Shown here piece by piece: positions 36,278 to 59,700 of a DNA stretch of 64,000 bases. The notes beneath the pieces were generated by a model. The model did not search any database. It was given only the letters and a program-made list of their open reading frames with translations, and had not been told where the DNA came from. Position 1 is the first letter of the stretch, and each line of letters starts with the position of its first letter. The stretch lies in assembly GCF_009914755.1 (NCBI RefSeq), contig NC_060941.1; one strand, 5' to 3'. Position numbers and translations under genes: made by a program. This DNA is from the human T2T-CHM13v2.0 reference genome, Homo sapiens.

Positions 36278-36618
36278 CAGTCATCCCTTGGTATCCATGG
36301 AGGATTAGTTCTAGGGTCCCCGGGAATGCCAAAATCCATGGATGCTCAAGTCTCTGATATAACGTGGCCTAGTATTTACGTATAAGCTATGCACATCCTC
36401 CCGTATACGTTAGACCGTTACTAGATTATTTATGATGTGTAATACAATGCAGATGCTACATAAATGGTCGTGATACTGTATTCTTTAGGGAATGATGACA
36501 AGAACAAAGTCTGCACATGTTCAATAGAAACATAACCGTCCAATTTATTTTCTGAATATTTTCCATCTGCTGTTGCTGAATCTACAGATGCAGAGCTCCT
36601 GGATACGAGAGCCAAGTG
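36278..36618 (+). mobile_element. MER2 (Tigger family)
   Basis: TA|CAGTCATCCCTTGGTATCCATGG...AAAATCCATGGATGCTCAAGTC... Confidence 0.75.
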
Positions 36619-37400
36619 TGCTTTGAGAGTAGGGTGGGTGAGGTTGCTAATGAGTACAGGGGAGCAGGTGTTGATCAGGAGGACCCTGCACTGGGGCATC
36701 TGGACGTCCTGCCTCAGGACTTGAGACTCCAGTTGGATGGCACAGGTAGACTCAGCCCAGGTCAAAGCCGTCCCCTTGAAGTTTCTTTTTATCCCAAGCT
36801 CTTTCTGGACCCTGGAATTCGGCATCCCCTAGGCCCTGCGTGGAAGGACAGATGAACCAGGTTTTAGATAACATGTCTAGAAGAGTGAGCCCCTACTGTG
36901 TGCCCGGCACTTTCCCCACAGGATCCTCTAGCTAGAATATCCAAGGGTCATGGAGAGAAATACCCAGTTAAAATATCAGAAATGAAAAAGTGATACCATT
37001 AGAGACACTAAAAAGACCATTAGGTAATAGTATTAGCTTTTGTATTCTGAGATCCAATAGCAGCAGTCACTTCCCTCCACCACTATGTGTATCCCAGGAC
37101 CACCCTGGGCGGGGAGGGCTGGGGTTAGGGAGCAGCCATGGATGCTCTGATGCTGGCCCTGGGCCTCGGGGGTGACAGTGATGAGGAACTGGGTGCACAC
37201 ATGAGTGGGGCAGCCGGGCCTGGCCAGAGAAGCAGCACACACGTGCACAGACGTGTTTACCCACATACACATGTGCACGCACGTGCACAAACACATTGCA
37301 GGCAGGCATGTTGACGCCTCAGGCAGCGGAGGACCCTGACTCTGGGCGCTGCTGACCCGGGCAAGGCCCCACTGTGATTCGTGCCATGACCTCAGAATGT

Positions 37401-37550
37401 CACTGGTGCTTAGCACCTGTCTGCTCTCTGGCCTGCCTCAGTGGTCTACAGCAGTTACACACAGGCAGTGGTATCTGTGAGCAGCTCTGTGGACTCAAAG
37501 GTTTTCTCCCTGAGAGGCATGACCCAGGCCAGCTGATTCATCAGAATCAG
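37401..37550 (+). other. TBC1D3: TBC1D3 non-coding first exon (5'UTR); 5' end approximate
   Basis: Ends ...AGCTGATTCATCAGAATCAG|GTGAGC (strong donor at 37551). Matches my recollection of the TBC1D3 mRNA leader that joins to the acceptor TCTCACAG|G-ATG at 38979. Confidence 0.8.
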
Positions 37551-38979
37551 GTGAGCGTGACCTGCTCTCTTCCCTCCAGGCGGACTTGGGGACAGTGGCT
37601 ACGGTGCGGGCGGTGTTGGCCTCTGTGGGGCAGCTACCGAGGAGGGTCATCCCTGAGCACTCACCAGGCGCCCGTTCTACACTGCCCGTGTAGACGATTG
37701 GCTCTTTCGTCTCCATGGTGGCTTCGTAGAGTGGGTGCTGTTCCCAAATGTCCCCATTCGACAGATGAGACGTCTGGGGTCAGAGAGGCAGTAACCGGCC
37801 TGGGAATCCGGACATGACCCTGAGTTTTGCTCTCAGCCCTGCCGTGTGCTGTGCTGGAATTCAGGCCTGAACCCTGTGACCTCCCTGCCCTAGATCCCAA
37901 ATCTGCCCAGGTTTCCCATCCCGATGGGGCAGAGCCTGGTCCTGGCAGAGCCACTGGTATAGAGCCACTGGTACAGATCCACTGACGGTCCTCAGAACAC
38001 CTCTGTGCCCTAAGCTGGGTCCTGATGGTCGCTGTGGGCCCCACTGAACACACATGGTCCCTTGTCCAGGGGAGCCTGCTGCCCTTGGGCAGCTGTGGAA
38101 AATGAAGGAGCCCTGGAGGGCTGGCTGAGGGGAGACTATCTTCCCTTGTGTTCAAAGGGGTCCGGGCACTAGGGTTCTCCCCAGGTATTTCTTGCTCTGC
38201 GTGGTCCTCTTGAGGCCTCGCCCTCCTTTTGCCTCGAGTATTCCCAGGAGGGACGGTCCATCCAGCTGTTCTCCAGGACCAAGGACCCACTGTTCTTCCT
38301 CAGTGACCCAGGAAAATGAAGCCTCCTCCTGTTGGGACGGCTCAGAATGGTGGACTCCACAGTCCCTCCGCGAGAGACGTGGTTTCCATGCGTACAATAG
38401 ATCTTTCTCATCCCCCAAACCCAACACCCTCCTGCTCAACAGGCGTTATTCCTAAAGTGGCTTCACTGTTCAGACTGAAGAGCCACGGTAGCCAAAGTGA
38501 TGAGCGGAGTAGAACCGAGCAGTCGGGAGAGATCTTGTTCCCTGTAGGAAACTGGGCATCGCTGAGGCCCTGAGCATCCCAGGAGGCCGATTGCACAGAG
38601 ACCTCTGGTCGCTGACCCCAGTCTGCCTCCACATCCCTGGAATAGCCCATCATGGGCCCTTCACCCTTGGCAGGTGGAAACCATTCAACCTGCTGGGGCC
38701 GGTGTGTCCCCATTTCATGGCATTGGGGGACAACAGGATTCTCTGTCTAGGTCCCACTGTACTCAAGTCCTTGGGAAGACGCCCACCCCTGCTTGGGACT
38801 TGAGACTCCAGAGACTGGAGCAGCTGTGGGCCACTGGGTCTGGCCCCTTTTTCCCTGGGGGCGGCGGTGGAATGGGGGTTACGCAGCCAGCCAGCATCTG
38901 GGAGCCCGGCGAGAGCGGTTCAGGTGTTCTCCGAAGCCGCCGCGTACAGTGTGACCTTTAGACAATTCTGTCTCACAGG

Positions 38980-48036
<9,057 letters not shown>

Positions 48037-48327
48037 AAGCATCTGGGCCAGGGCTCATGGCTGGATAATTTCCCTAGGCTTAACAACCCAAGCAAGCTTC
48101 GCATCCTCGTTTTATTTTTGGTTAAACTTATGAAAATGTATTAAGAAAGAGTGCAGCTCGAGAGAGATTCAGAGATGGAACACACCAGACCCCAGATCAC
48201 AAAGCCAACCATGCCCAGCCCCTCCCAGCACCCCCAGCCCCACGACCATCGTTCTGAATTCTGACGACACCGTGAGCCTGCCTTTGTACTTCAAACTCAT
48301 GGAAGGATAACCACCTTCATGTTTTGA

Positions 48328-48333
48328 AATAAA
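48328..48333 (+). terminator. TBC1D3 polyadenylation signal
   Basis: AATAAA about 290 nt after the stop codon, followed by T-rich sequence. Confidence 0.8.
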
Positions 48334-48570
48334 TGTTTCCTGTTGAAATGATTTTAGATTTTAGACAGAAATATTGAAAAGGCACTATAGTATCCTCCTA
48401 TACCTTCCATCCAGCTGCCCCTAATAATGATGTTTTGCAGTCCCATGGCACATAAGAAATTTAGGCCGGGTGTGGTGGCTCACACCTGTAATCCCAGCAA
48501 TTTGAGAGGTCGAGGCGGGAGGTTCAGGTTCACTTGAGTCTAGAAGTCTGAGACCAGCCTGGGAAACCTA

Positions 48571-48753
<183 letters not shown>

Positions 48754-51700
48754 TTAAAAAAATTTAAGAAATTTAATGTGGGTACAGTTCTATTAACTAA
48801 ATAATAATGTGAACTATTATCTAAGGTTATGAAGGCTAGAATTATCCCATTTTTGCCTAACTTCTCGTACCTGTCCCAAGATCCCACCTTGGACTCACCC
48901 TCTGCCTTCAGCTCACGTCTCTTCAGCTTCCTCCACATGGTCCAGCAAACACACACCTGGGCTGAATGGTAGAGCTGATCGCTCATACACAAAGGTAGAC
49001 CGGTGGGCAGGGATTTTCAGACTTACACAGTCAATGAGTTTTCCTTGGTGTTCTGGAGAGCACCGTTTGAGAAACACTTTGACAGTGAATCTAGGCCTCA
49101 AGATCCATCAGCTGCTCTAGCTTGAATTTTGCTCAAGCTCAGTGAACACCTGCTCTGCCGGGTGCACGTGAAAGGGGCAAGGATGAGAAAGCTGTAGATA
49201 AAGAAGACAGGACGCAGGGGGTCTGTCTAAGCTCTATCCCCTGCCTTCAGCACTGAGGGATGAAATCCAACTCTTAGGGAACGGTGGCCACGTGCTGGGC
49301 CAGCCCCAGGCTCTCAGGATCTGACAGTGGGTGACGCAGAGCCAGGCCTTGCCCCTGGGGAGCTCTCCAGCATACACCTCCCTCTCCCCTCCCAGCGTGC
49401 CGCAAAGCAGGCGTCAACGCCATTGTTAATGCACGGAGGAGGAACCTGACTGTTAGACCTGGGTTTTCCAGGGTTGCACGGCTTCTGGGAGACGGATGTG
49501 ACCCTGAGGACAGGGCACAGGCCAGTGTAATGCCAGGATGGAATGAGCTGTGATCTGTGCTGTATAGAGGCCTAGGCCAAGGTGGGACTGACGGATGACC
49601 AGGTCAGCCGGGTCACTGAAAACACTCTTGGGTCCTCACCTGCCGGTTCCCAGGAGTCCGGAACTGCCAGGAGAGTGGTGGCAGGTCCCCCATCCTCAGC
49701 TGGGTGGGCCTGGATAGAACAGCAAGGCGAGGGCACATTTCCCTGGCCATTCCCTCCAGGCACAGCCGTGACCTGTTCATTCCAAATTTGTGGAAGTATT
49801 TCCACACACACAGAACTGCAAATAGCAGTGGACATGGTGAGAGGCGTTTGCACATGGGATAGGCAGGATTTTGGAGGCAGAGCCTCCAGGGCTTGCCGAT
49901 GGGTTAGCTGCAGGGCTTGAGAGGGAACGGAGAATCCAGGATGATGTGTTCAAATCGGTCCATTCACCTCTTCCGTTCCACGCCTGTGCTGGGCACTGGG
50001 AGAGACAGATGCACACAGGAGCCCCGGCCGAGGGGAGGTGTGGGGGGAAGCCCAGAGTGTCTGGGCAGGGTAGGAAACCCAGAGCGTCTACTGGGAGCTG
50101 AAGGCTTAGGTCCACCTGGGTGCCGTCCAGGTTCTCTGCATGTAGAAGTATAGGCTGAGCTTCCCGGAGGAGGAGCAGCTGCTGTTGCTGGTGACCAGCA
50201 CATTCAGGAACGGAGACTACTCTGTCAACAGACAGGGGGATGACCTGAGGTCTGGATGGTCTAGGGGGTGGTAGGGCCCAGGAGGACCCAGGAAAGGGTC
50301 TCGGGGATGCAGAACATCCTATGGAGGGCATTTGGGAGTCAGTGCTCAGGCCACTCCGGGTCACGCAGGTCATTTGCCGGCCCCTGTCATAATTATTGCC
50401 ATATGAGAGTGCCACCCGTCCTATGACATATTTTATATATTTCTGTGAATGGCCTACTTGTTTGTATTTATGAATTTATGTTTAAAGGATGGGCAGGGGT
50501 GCTCGAGAGGTCCCCAGGAGTTTCCCTCTGGGGAGAGAGGGGCCCACCCCTTCCCAGCAGCCCTCTGAGCCCCCCGATCGCTTGGCCACAGCCTCTGCCT
50601 GGAGAAAGCATCCCCCTCGGAGATATATGGACATCAGAAGAAACCTTTCTCTGTCACCAGGACAAATCCTGTTCTTATTTGAACCAAGGCCAGTTTTCCT
50701 AATGAATGCAGGGAGGACAGCACAGATCAATGAAACCAGCAGATAATCCACAAGACTGTTTCCCAGAGCTGGGAGATTTCCTTCCCTGCCAACACTTTTC
50801 CTGAAAGGTCTTAAGAATGAGGCAAACAGTTTAAGTCTCTCTTGCACTGTTCTTTTAGTGAAAGAGTTCAATGAGGAAGGAGAGGAAGTGGAGCATATGC
50901 TTAGTTTCCAAGCTGGAAAAGTGGCCCATGGTTAACCAAGACTAGATGTAAAAGCACAGGTGGCCGCGGGTCCAGGTGAGTCGGTCCTACGATGGCACGG
51001 CTGCTAATGCCAGCAGATGCTCCTGTCCTCTCCTTTCAAGACTGACTTCTTCTGGTCTTTCATTCGTTAAAATAAAATTGACAGGGCATCATCCAAGAAG
51101 CTCTACACTTTCCCTTACTTGGATTTCAGACTCTAGATTCTGCTGAGATTTGAGCTTCATGGTGAACACATTCTTGTTGTGCTTGCTGCTGAGGGGTGTG
51201 GAGGACAGAGAGATGGTGAAATGGCAAAGTGGCTCTTGAGCATGGGTGGGGGAAGCCCCCACATATCTGAGTCAGTGCCACCTGGACACTACCCTTGGAG
51301 CATCCTGCTGAGGTGGCCATTCAGGTTTTCTTTCCTTTCCTTTTATTCCACTGTTTCTGAATCACAAATAAAGATCCAAGGCAAACAGCACATTCAGATC
51401 CCCAAGCTCTCCACCTCCAATGTGACCAGGGACGTGCACCACTTCAGGCTCATGCAGGACCCACAGCCTTTGGACCTCAGCTAAGGGACCTGCTTCTCTT
51501 CAGCACACGGGGCTTGTTTGTGTTGGGGTCTGAGCCCTGAGCGCATGGTCAAGGAGACCCCCAGGTCTTTCTGAACAGAGACAGCTGGCCTGGCGGCCTC
51601 CCTCTCACTGCATGCAAGAGTCTGTTAGGGCGGCTGTCTTGCTTCTGTGTGTTGGGAAATTCAATTTAGGTACCTAAAAATGAAAAGTCCCAGGACATCT

Positions 51701-54305
51701 CCATGGCTTGGGATCCACAGGAGAGCATCATTGATGCTGGGGACAATTTAAACATATAGAAACCCACAGGGCTACCTTAGACAGGGCACAGGGCACAGCA
51801 CCCGGGGATGCAGAGTGGAAAGTTCACCACTACAGCCTGGAATTGCCTCTGTGATGCCTTCTTCATGACACTTGGCTGCCTTCGTGGCTGGAAGGCTGAG
51901 GCCCAGATCCCAACATGGCCACAGGCTAGCAGCTTGCTTCACCTTCCTGAACTGCAATTTCTCCATCTGAGCCTCTCTCCTAAGAGGAGTGTGCAGGGTC
52001 ACTTAGCCCATATGGGCCAGAAACCCCACACGGTGCCAGGCACACAGTAGGGCCTCGGCAGATGCTGCCCCCTTCTGTCTCCACCACCCTCCTGGGGCTC
52101 CCTCCTGAAACAGCCTCCCTCAGCGCCTTGAGTCTTGCACCCTAACAGCCTCTTGCACGCAGTGAGAGGGAGGCCCCCAGGCCAGCTGTCTCTGTTCAGA
52201 AAGACCTGGGGGTCTCCTTGACCATGGGCTCAGGGCTCAGACCCCAACACAAACAAGCCCCGTGTGCTGAAGAGAAGCAAGTCCTTTAGCTGAGGTCCAA
52301 AGGCTGTGAGTCCTGCATGAGCCTGAAGTGGTGCAGGTGCCTGGTCACACTGGAGGTGTAGAGCTTGGGGATCTGAATGTGCTGTTTGCCTCGGACATCA
52401 AACATCTCACAGACTGCCTGGAAGAAGGTGGAGCAGACTGGGGTTAATGGTCAGCAGCAGCAGCATCCCCACCACTGGGGCTATCCCTTTTTAGGCCCTT
52501 ACCATGGGCCAAACACTGAGCCGTGGGCTTCGTGTAACTTCTAAGCACGCTTACCTGATAGGGTGCCAGCAAAGACTCGAAGAGGTGCCTGGGCTTGGCA
52601 CATAGTAGCTATTGCTACTATTATGAATGTTGTTTTGTCTTTGTTTTTGTTTTGAGACAGGGCCTCACTCTGTTGCCCAGGTTGGAGTACAGCAGTGCCA
52701 TCATAGCTCACTGAAGCCTCAACCTCCCTGGGTTTGAGCAATCCTCCCACCTCAGCCTCCCAAGTAGCTGAGACTACAGGTGTGCGCCACCAAGCCCAGC
52801 CAATTGTTTGTATTTTCAGTAGAGACTGGTTTTGCCAAGTCGCCCAGGCTGGTTTCGAACTCTGGGGTTCAAGCAATCTGCCCACCTCAGCCTCCCAAAG
52901 TGCTGGCATTACAGGCGTGTGCCACTGCGCCCAGCCATTATGAATGTCAATATTGACATGATCTTGTATCCTTATGCCCACACTGGGAGAGGTCTGATTG
53001 TCCCCATGTTCCTGGTGTGGAACCACATGGAAGAGGCCTATGTTATCCCAACAGTGCAGAAGCACAGCCTGAGTCTCTTCTTTGGCTGAGCCAAGGGCGT
53101 GCTGGAGAGGCCTGACAGAAGAAGGAGCGGCCCTTGTGACCAGTGCCCTTTTGGTTCACAAGGAACTTCTCCTCTTGTTGAAGTGACTTGGCTGAGCTTG
53201 CTCCTTCTGCTTTGAGAGTCAAATATCAGGATCAAGACTTTAATTATCCCCAATTTACAGATGATGAAACCATATTGGGCAGGAAAGAAAGTCACCCCAG
53301 GAGAGCAAGTTGGACCTGAGCACTGGCTGAGGACAAAGGGGAATGATAATTTGGGATGTAACTTGTTAAGGGGTCTCACAAGTGTTCTTGTGATCCAGGT
53401 GTCGAGAGGATACAGCAGAAAGGTTGCCAGGGAGATGAGGGTAGGGTACACCACAAGAGTGGGAGAAATTAAAGAGAACACGCAACAAAGCCTTGGGACA
53501 CTGGGAGGGGGATGGACCACCCAGTTTTGTGCTATGGGAGAAGAGAGCAAGAAAAGGAATCTGTGTTAAATCCCGACAGCCTGCATGAGAAGCAAATGCC
53601 CTTCATTTTCTTCATCAGCGGCGAGACTGGCATCCCTGCAGCTTTGGGAGACCATGCTAGTGTAGATGCCAGCTCACGCCAGCGGGCCTGACTGGGAGAC
53701 CTTGGGCTGGGGTTCTGGTCTGGGGCTCCTAGGCCTGATGGGAGGAGAGTTCAGCCCCAGGTTTCCTGTACTTCAGCTCATATCCACACAATGGTAATTA
53801 TTGAAATGAGAGACTCAAAAGAAGATGGAACGTGAACTTTTTTGTTGTCCCATGTGGACACCTGTGTTCGGTTTCCAGTTCTACCTTTGCTGTCTGTGTG
53901 TTCTTAAGTAACTCACTTAAACCTTTCTGAGTCTCATTTTCTTCATTTATAAAATAAAAGACGTAACATTTATGTCAGATATTGTCCTGAGGATTAAATG
54001 GGAGAATGAACAAGCCTCTTCTGCATTCCCCTGGCATCCAGTGGGTGGAGGCCAGAGAAGCTGCTAAACATCCTGCCAGGTGCAGGACAGCCCCCATCAC
54101 AAAGAATTGACCGGATCCTGATGTCAGTAAGGCAGAATTGAGGATCCTTGGTGTGGGGGAAAAAGAATAAACTCAGAAGCTTGGCAGATCTCAGTTCAAA
54201 CCCTGGTTGTATCACCTCTAGCTGAGTGACCTTAGGCAGGTCTGTGAACTCTCTGAGACTCGGCCTCCTCATCGGTAGAATGAGGTAGATAAAAATGCCA
54301 AGCTC

Positions 54306-54618
<313 letters not shown>

Positions 54619-54628
54619 TGCCAAGCTC

Positions 54629-56036
54629 ACCCAGAAATAACCCCGTGCATATATGGTCAACAGATCTTTGACAAGGCCATCAAGGATATACAATGTAGAT
54701 TCTTTTATTCCTTTACTTTCTTAATAGACTTGCTTTCACTGTACTGTAAAAAAAAAAAAAAGGCACAATGTAGAAAGGAAACTCTCTTCAATGAATGGTG
54801 TTGGGGAAAGTGCATGAAAAAGAATGAAATTGCACACTTGTTTTACATCATATACAGAAAATTAGCTCAAAGTGGATTAAAGATTTAAATGTAATATCTG
54901 AAACCATGTAAATCCTGGAAGTAAACATAGGGAAAAATCTCCTCGACATTGGTCATACTTGGCAATATTTTTTTTGATGTAACACCAAAGCACAGGCAAC
55001 AAAAGTGAAAATAAATAAATGGGACTACATCAATCTTAAAAGGTTTTACACAGCAAAGGAAACCATGACAAAATGAAAAGGCAACCTACGGGATGGAAGA
55101 AAATATTTGCGACCCATATATTTGATAAGGGGTTATTTGAAAAAATATAAGGAATTCACACAATTCAATAGCAAAAATTAATAAATACATGAATAACGCA
55201 ATTAAAAATAGGCAAAGGACCCCAATGGACTTTTTTCCCCAAGGAAGATATACAAATGGCCAGCCAGCATATGAAAAGGTGTTCAACACCACTAATCATC
55301 AGAGAAATGCAAATCAAAACCACAGTGAGATATTGCCTCATAGGATAGGATGGCTCTTATAAAAAAACGACAAGAGATAACAAGTGTTGGCGAAAGCATA
55401 GAGGAAAGAGAACCCTTGTACACTGTTGGTTGGAATGTAAAGTGGTATAACCTTTACAGAAAACAGTATGGAGGTTCCTCAAAAAATTAGAAGCAGAACT
55501 ACCATACGATTCAGCAATCAGTTTAGAACCTTGAAGAGAGATCTGCGCCCCATGTTTATTACAACACTATTCACAATACCCAAGATATGGAAACAGCCTA
55601 AGTGTCCAGCAACAGATGAATGGATAAATAAAACACATATAAACAATGGACTATTAGCCATTCAAAAGAAGAAACTCCTGTCCTGGATAAACCTGGAGGA
55701 CATTACGCTAAGTGAAATAAGCCAGACACCGAAAGACAAGTTTTGTATGATCTCACTTATATGTGGGATCTAAGAGAGTCAAACTCATAAAAACAGATAG
55801 TAGAATGGTGGTTGCCAAGGGCTGGAGGTGGGGAAAATGGGAAGCTATTAATCAAAGGGTGTAAACTTTCAGTTATAAGATGAACAAATTCTGGAGATTT
55901 AATGTACAGCATAGGTGGTAATGGATGTAATAAATTTGATTGTGATAATTAGTACACAATATATACATATATGAAATCATCACATTGTATGCATTAAATA
56001 TACACAATCCTTGTCAACTCAATATTTTTAAAAAAA
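54629..56036 (+). mobile_element. L1MA-type 3' fragment
   Basis: ORF2 3' end and 3'UTR motifs (GGGACTACATCAA.CTTAAAAGG; GGAGGTTCCTCAAAAAATTAG; GATGAACAAATTCTGGAGATTTAATGTACAGC). Confidence 0.85.
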
Positions 56037-56483
56037 TGTTTAAAATGCCTAGGTCATAAGAATTCTGAGAATGAAATACAACAACATACATGAATGGACC
56101 TGCTACACAGAAGGTGCTAAATAGGTTTGTTTTGTTTTATTTTATTTCAACTCTGGCAGATGTAGACCTATTGGGAAAGAATATAGAATGCACTTGTGCA
56201 CAAGGATTATCTATACGATGGTTAAATATCCTGCATACATGCCATGTCATTTCTACTCCTCAGTCAATGGATAATAAAAGCAGAACCAGCCTTCTGGTGG
56301 TCACAAAACATTTTGACATGAGAAAGGCTGATCATGAGCAATCTGGCAATGTACATCCCAGAGCGTGCATGCCCTTTGACCCACAGCTACCATGATGTCA
56401 TGTCTAGCAATTAGTCCTAAGGAGATGATCAGAGATGTGTAAAGAGATTTCATTCTAACAGCATCCTCTGTAGTGGTATATGT

Positions 56484-56703
56484 CAGGGGCTGGTAAGCCA
56501 TGTCCAGAGGAGCAGGCTGCATCTAGTCCACCACCTGTTTTTGTAAAGTTTATCAGAACACAGTCATGCCCATTCATTTACAAATTGTGTATGGCTTCTT
56601 TCCCTGCAACAGCAGAGTTGAGTGTTGCAACAGAAACCTATGGCCTGCAGAGTTTAAAATATCTACCCTTTGGCCTTTTATAAAAAAAGTTTACTGATTC
56701 CTG
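56484..56703 (+). mobile_element. MER58-type hAT element
   Basis: CAGGGGCTGGTAAGC...ACAGCAGAGTTGAGTGTTGCAACAGAAACC..TGGCC...AAAAAAGTTTACTGATTCCTG. Confidence 0.65.
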
Positions 56704-59700
56704 GTGAGTATATTAAAAAGTTAGGAAAACCTAAATCTTCCAGAGTGGAGAATTAGAAAGTAAGACGTGTTGTATATAAGACAGACAGTTTGTGTGTGCG
56801 TTTATTTATAAATATATTATTCTGAAATAATGTTGTCGACATATGTTGCAGGTCTTAAAAATTGGTCAATATATAGTGTTAATCAAAAAATGGCAAATTG
56901 TAAAATGTAGACAGAATGTGATTGTGTATTTTGTGCATACACCAACAGAAAAGGGTGCTAGGAAACCTGTGGACCAACATACTAAGTGTGGCTCTTTTGA
57001 TGGTGGTATCATGGATTTTTAAAAATCTTCTTGGTTTTCTGTAGATTCTGACTTTCCTGTCATGAGTATGAATAAGTATGTATTTCTTGAGAAATGTGAA
57101 AATAACTTTATCTTCCCAGATTTCTCATAATTGAAAATGTTGGAATAAATGGTCCTGGGACAGATCTTTCCATTGAGAAGGGCAGAAGGGAAACCCTGGG
57201 GATTCAGCTGGGTTTCTGTTGCATTTCTGGTAACACACAGTTGTGAAAAGCCAGTGTTGGCCGTTCCCCAGGACAGTCTGGGGTAGAGGAGGTCAGGATT
57301 TAACTACTTGAGGGTCCGGGGAACAGATGTGGCCACAGTCCTTCCTGACTCACTGTTTTCCCTTCCACAGTCCCCGTCTTCTCTTCACTGATGCACATAG
57401 ATGCCTGACCAGAGGAGAGATTTAGTTTTCGTCCAAGGATTATCTGTTATGTTGCAGTTCTGAAATTCCCATAACGTTTAGGCTAGAACACAAGTGATTT
57501 CATTATCTCCAATGTGTATGGCTTGATAGAAATAGATTCCATTATGTAGCACCTTAAATTCAGATAAAACATAAGGAATTTCTATTCCATGTTTGTATGA
57601 TCAATGTTAATAATCTAAGAAAATCTAAAAAGAAGCTACTTCCTCTATTACAGTATGAAATAAATATGCTGAATGATTTGTTTTGGGGGGTGGAATGGAA
57701 AGGTATAAGACTGAGGAGGGTGCCTGTGGGAACAGTGATAGGAATCCTTTCTTAAGGGTTGGGTTTTACATACGTCTTTTAAAATAGATGATATCATTAA
57801 TAAATTATCTGTGGGCATCATGAAAAAAGTGTATAACGTACAACTTTATGAGCTTGACAGTTGGTGAAAACTTTTCTGTTTAAAATTTTATTTGGCCCTC
57901 CCCAAAAGAAATGTTTATTTATGAGTATTAGGATAGTTCCAGCAGTAATGCCTCAAAAGAACCAGGAGGTATAGTGTTGTCTAAAATGTGGACTCAGGAG
58001 CCAGACTGCCTGGCTGTGCAACTAGCCTTGTCACTTCCTAGATATGTGGCAAGTTAATTAACTTCTCAGTGTTCTTATCTGTAGAATGGGGATAATCCTA
58101 ATATACATCTCAGGGTTATATTACAAATTAAAAAAGTTAATTTTGTAAAGGACTTAGAATGATATCTGGCAAATAAAAGTGTTCATAAAAGTAAACCCTA
58201 TAAAAGTGTTTACTCATTAAATACAATAATCTGAAACCATTAGTAATTTAAACATTTGTGGCTGACTTGGTAATATTTATGAAAATAAATACTGTATTTA
58301 TAATCTTTGACCTTATTTGACTCCTAGGAATTTATTGTCCAGCAAACATTTTCACAGGCAGACAAAAATATTACTATAAAATCACGTTTATTACACCAAT
58401 CTGTGCAAAAGGAAAAAATAGACAATTAAAATGGCCATCAAAAGGAGTATTGATTAAGTGAATGATAGTAAATCCATTCAATAGTAATCATATTATCCAA
58501 AAAGAATGAGGCATAGTCATGTGATGTGGGAAGATCCACGGCTAATGTTAAACGGTAAATGATATAAACTGTTATGCCCAATAAAATACTTTCTGTGAGA
58601 GAATATATGTTAATTTATGCGAGTGGCGCCAATGTGGAGGGTTTATGCTAATTTCATTATACCTCACAGACAGACCTGGGCTCTCCCACTCATTTTCTAT
58701 GTGGCCTGGGGTAAGTCATTTAACTGCTGGAAGCCTCAGCTTCTTCATCTGTCAGGCAGTGATACCCTGACTACTCTGCAGGGTAACTCTGAGATTTCAA
58801 CGTGATCATCTCAGAATAGGCCTGGCAAACAGTAGGAGCTCAGAACTTGATGTTTTTTTCCTACAGCAACTGCTGTAGGGGATAGCAGCTAATGCAAGAG
58901 GTTGGTAAATCCTTATATATATCAAATATTGTAGAAACATAACTACATGCTACTATTTTTTCAAACCCTCCCCTCACCCTTTTTTTTCCCCTGAGACAGA
59001 GTCTCACTCTGCTGCCCAGGCTGGAGTGCAGTGGCGCCATCTCGGCTTGGCTCACTGCAACCTCTGACTCCCGGGTTCAAGCGATTCTTGTGCCTCAGTC
59101 TCCCAAGTAGCTGGGATTACAGGCATGTGCCACCATGCCCAGCTAATTTTTTTGGTATTTTTAATAGAGATGGGGTTTCTCCATGTTGGCCAGGCAGGTC
59201 TCCAGCTCCTGGCCTCAAGTGATCTGCCTGTCTCGGCCCCCCAAAATGCCGGGTCAAACCTCTTATATGCAGTAAAACAGCCTCACTGGGTCAATGGATA
59301 TCATGTGGCTGCCTAACATTTTTACTTTATAAAAGGTCTTCCTGAGGCCATTTGAAAGTATGGATCAAAACACTTTATGAACAGGGCCACAGGTTTGCAT
59401 GAGGCTTGTCAGTGGACCTCCAGGATGAAGACCAAAGTGACTGTGCAATTTCTAGTGGAATAATTTACACTTAAGATCTTATTTATTTATCAAAAGACTG
59501 CTGTGAGGTAGGAATTCTTAACCCCCATTTGCAGAAACAGACTTTGCCTGACACCACAGAGCTAGGAAAAAGTGGGCATAAGATCCTCATCAAGTCTGAC
59601 TTCCAAAAGAAGATTCAAAAAGAAACCTCCTTGCTACCCGCCAAATCTCTGTAGAGCCAGCCATGTTCACACATGAAACAGGACAATGACAATAGCACCA

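Noticed and set aside
36616-36855. GVDQED (and CPEEQ at ~56500) resembling TACI exons 1-2
   Set aside because: Wrong strand relative to the TACI remnant, matches of only 4-5 aa, and the second lies within a MER58 element.
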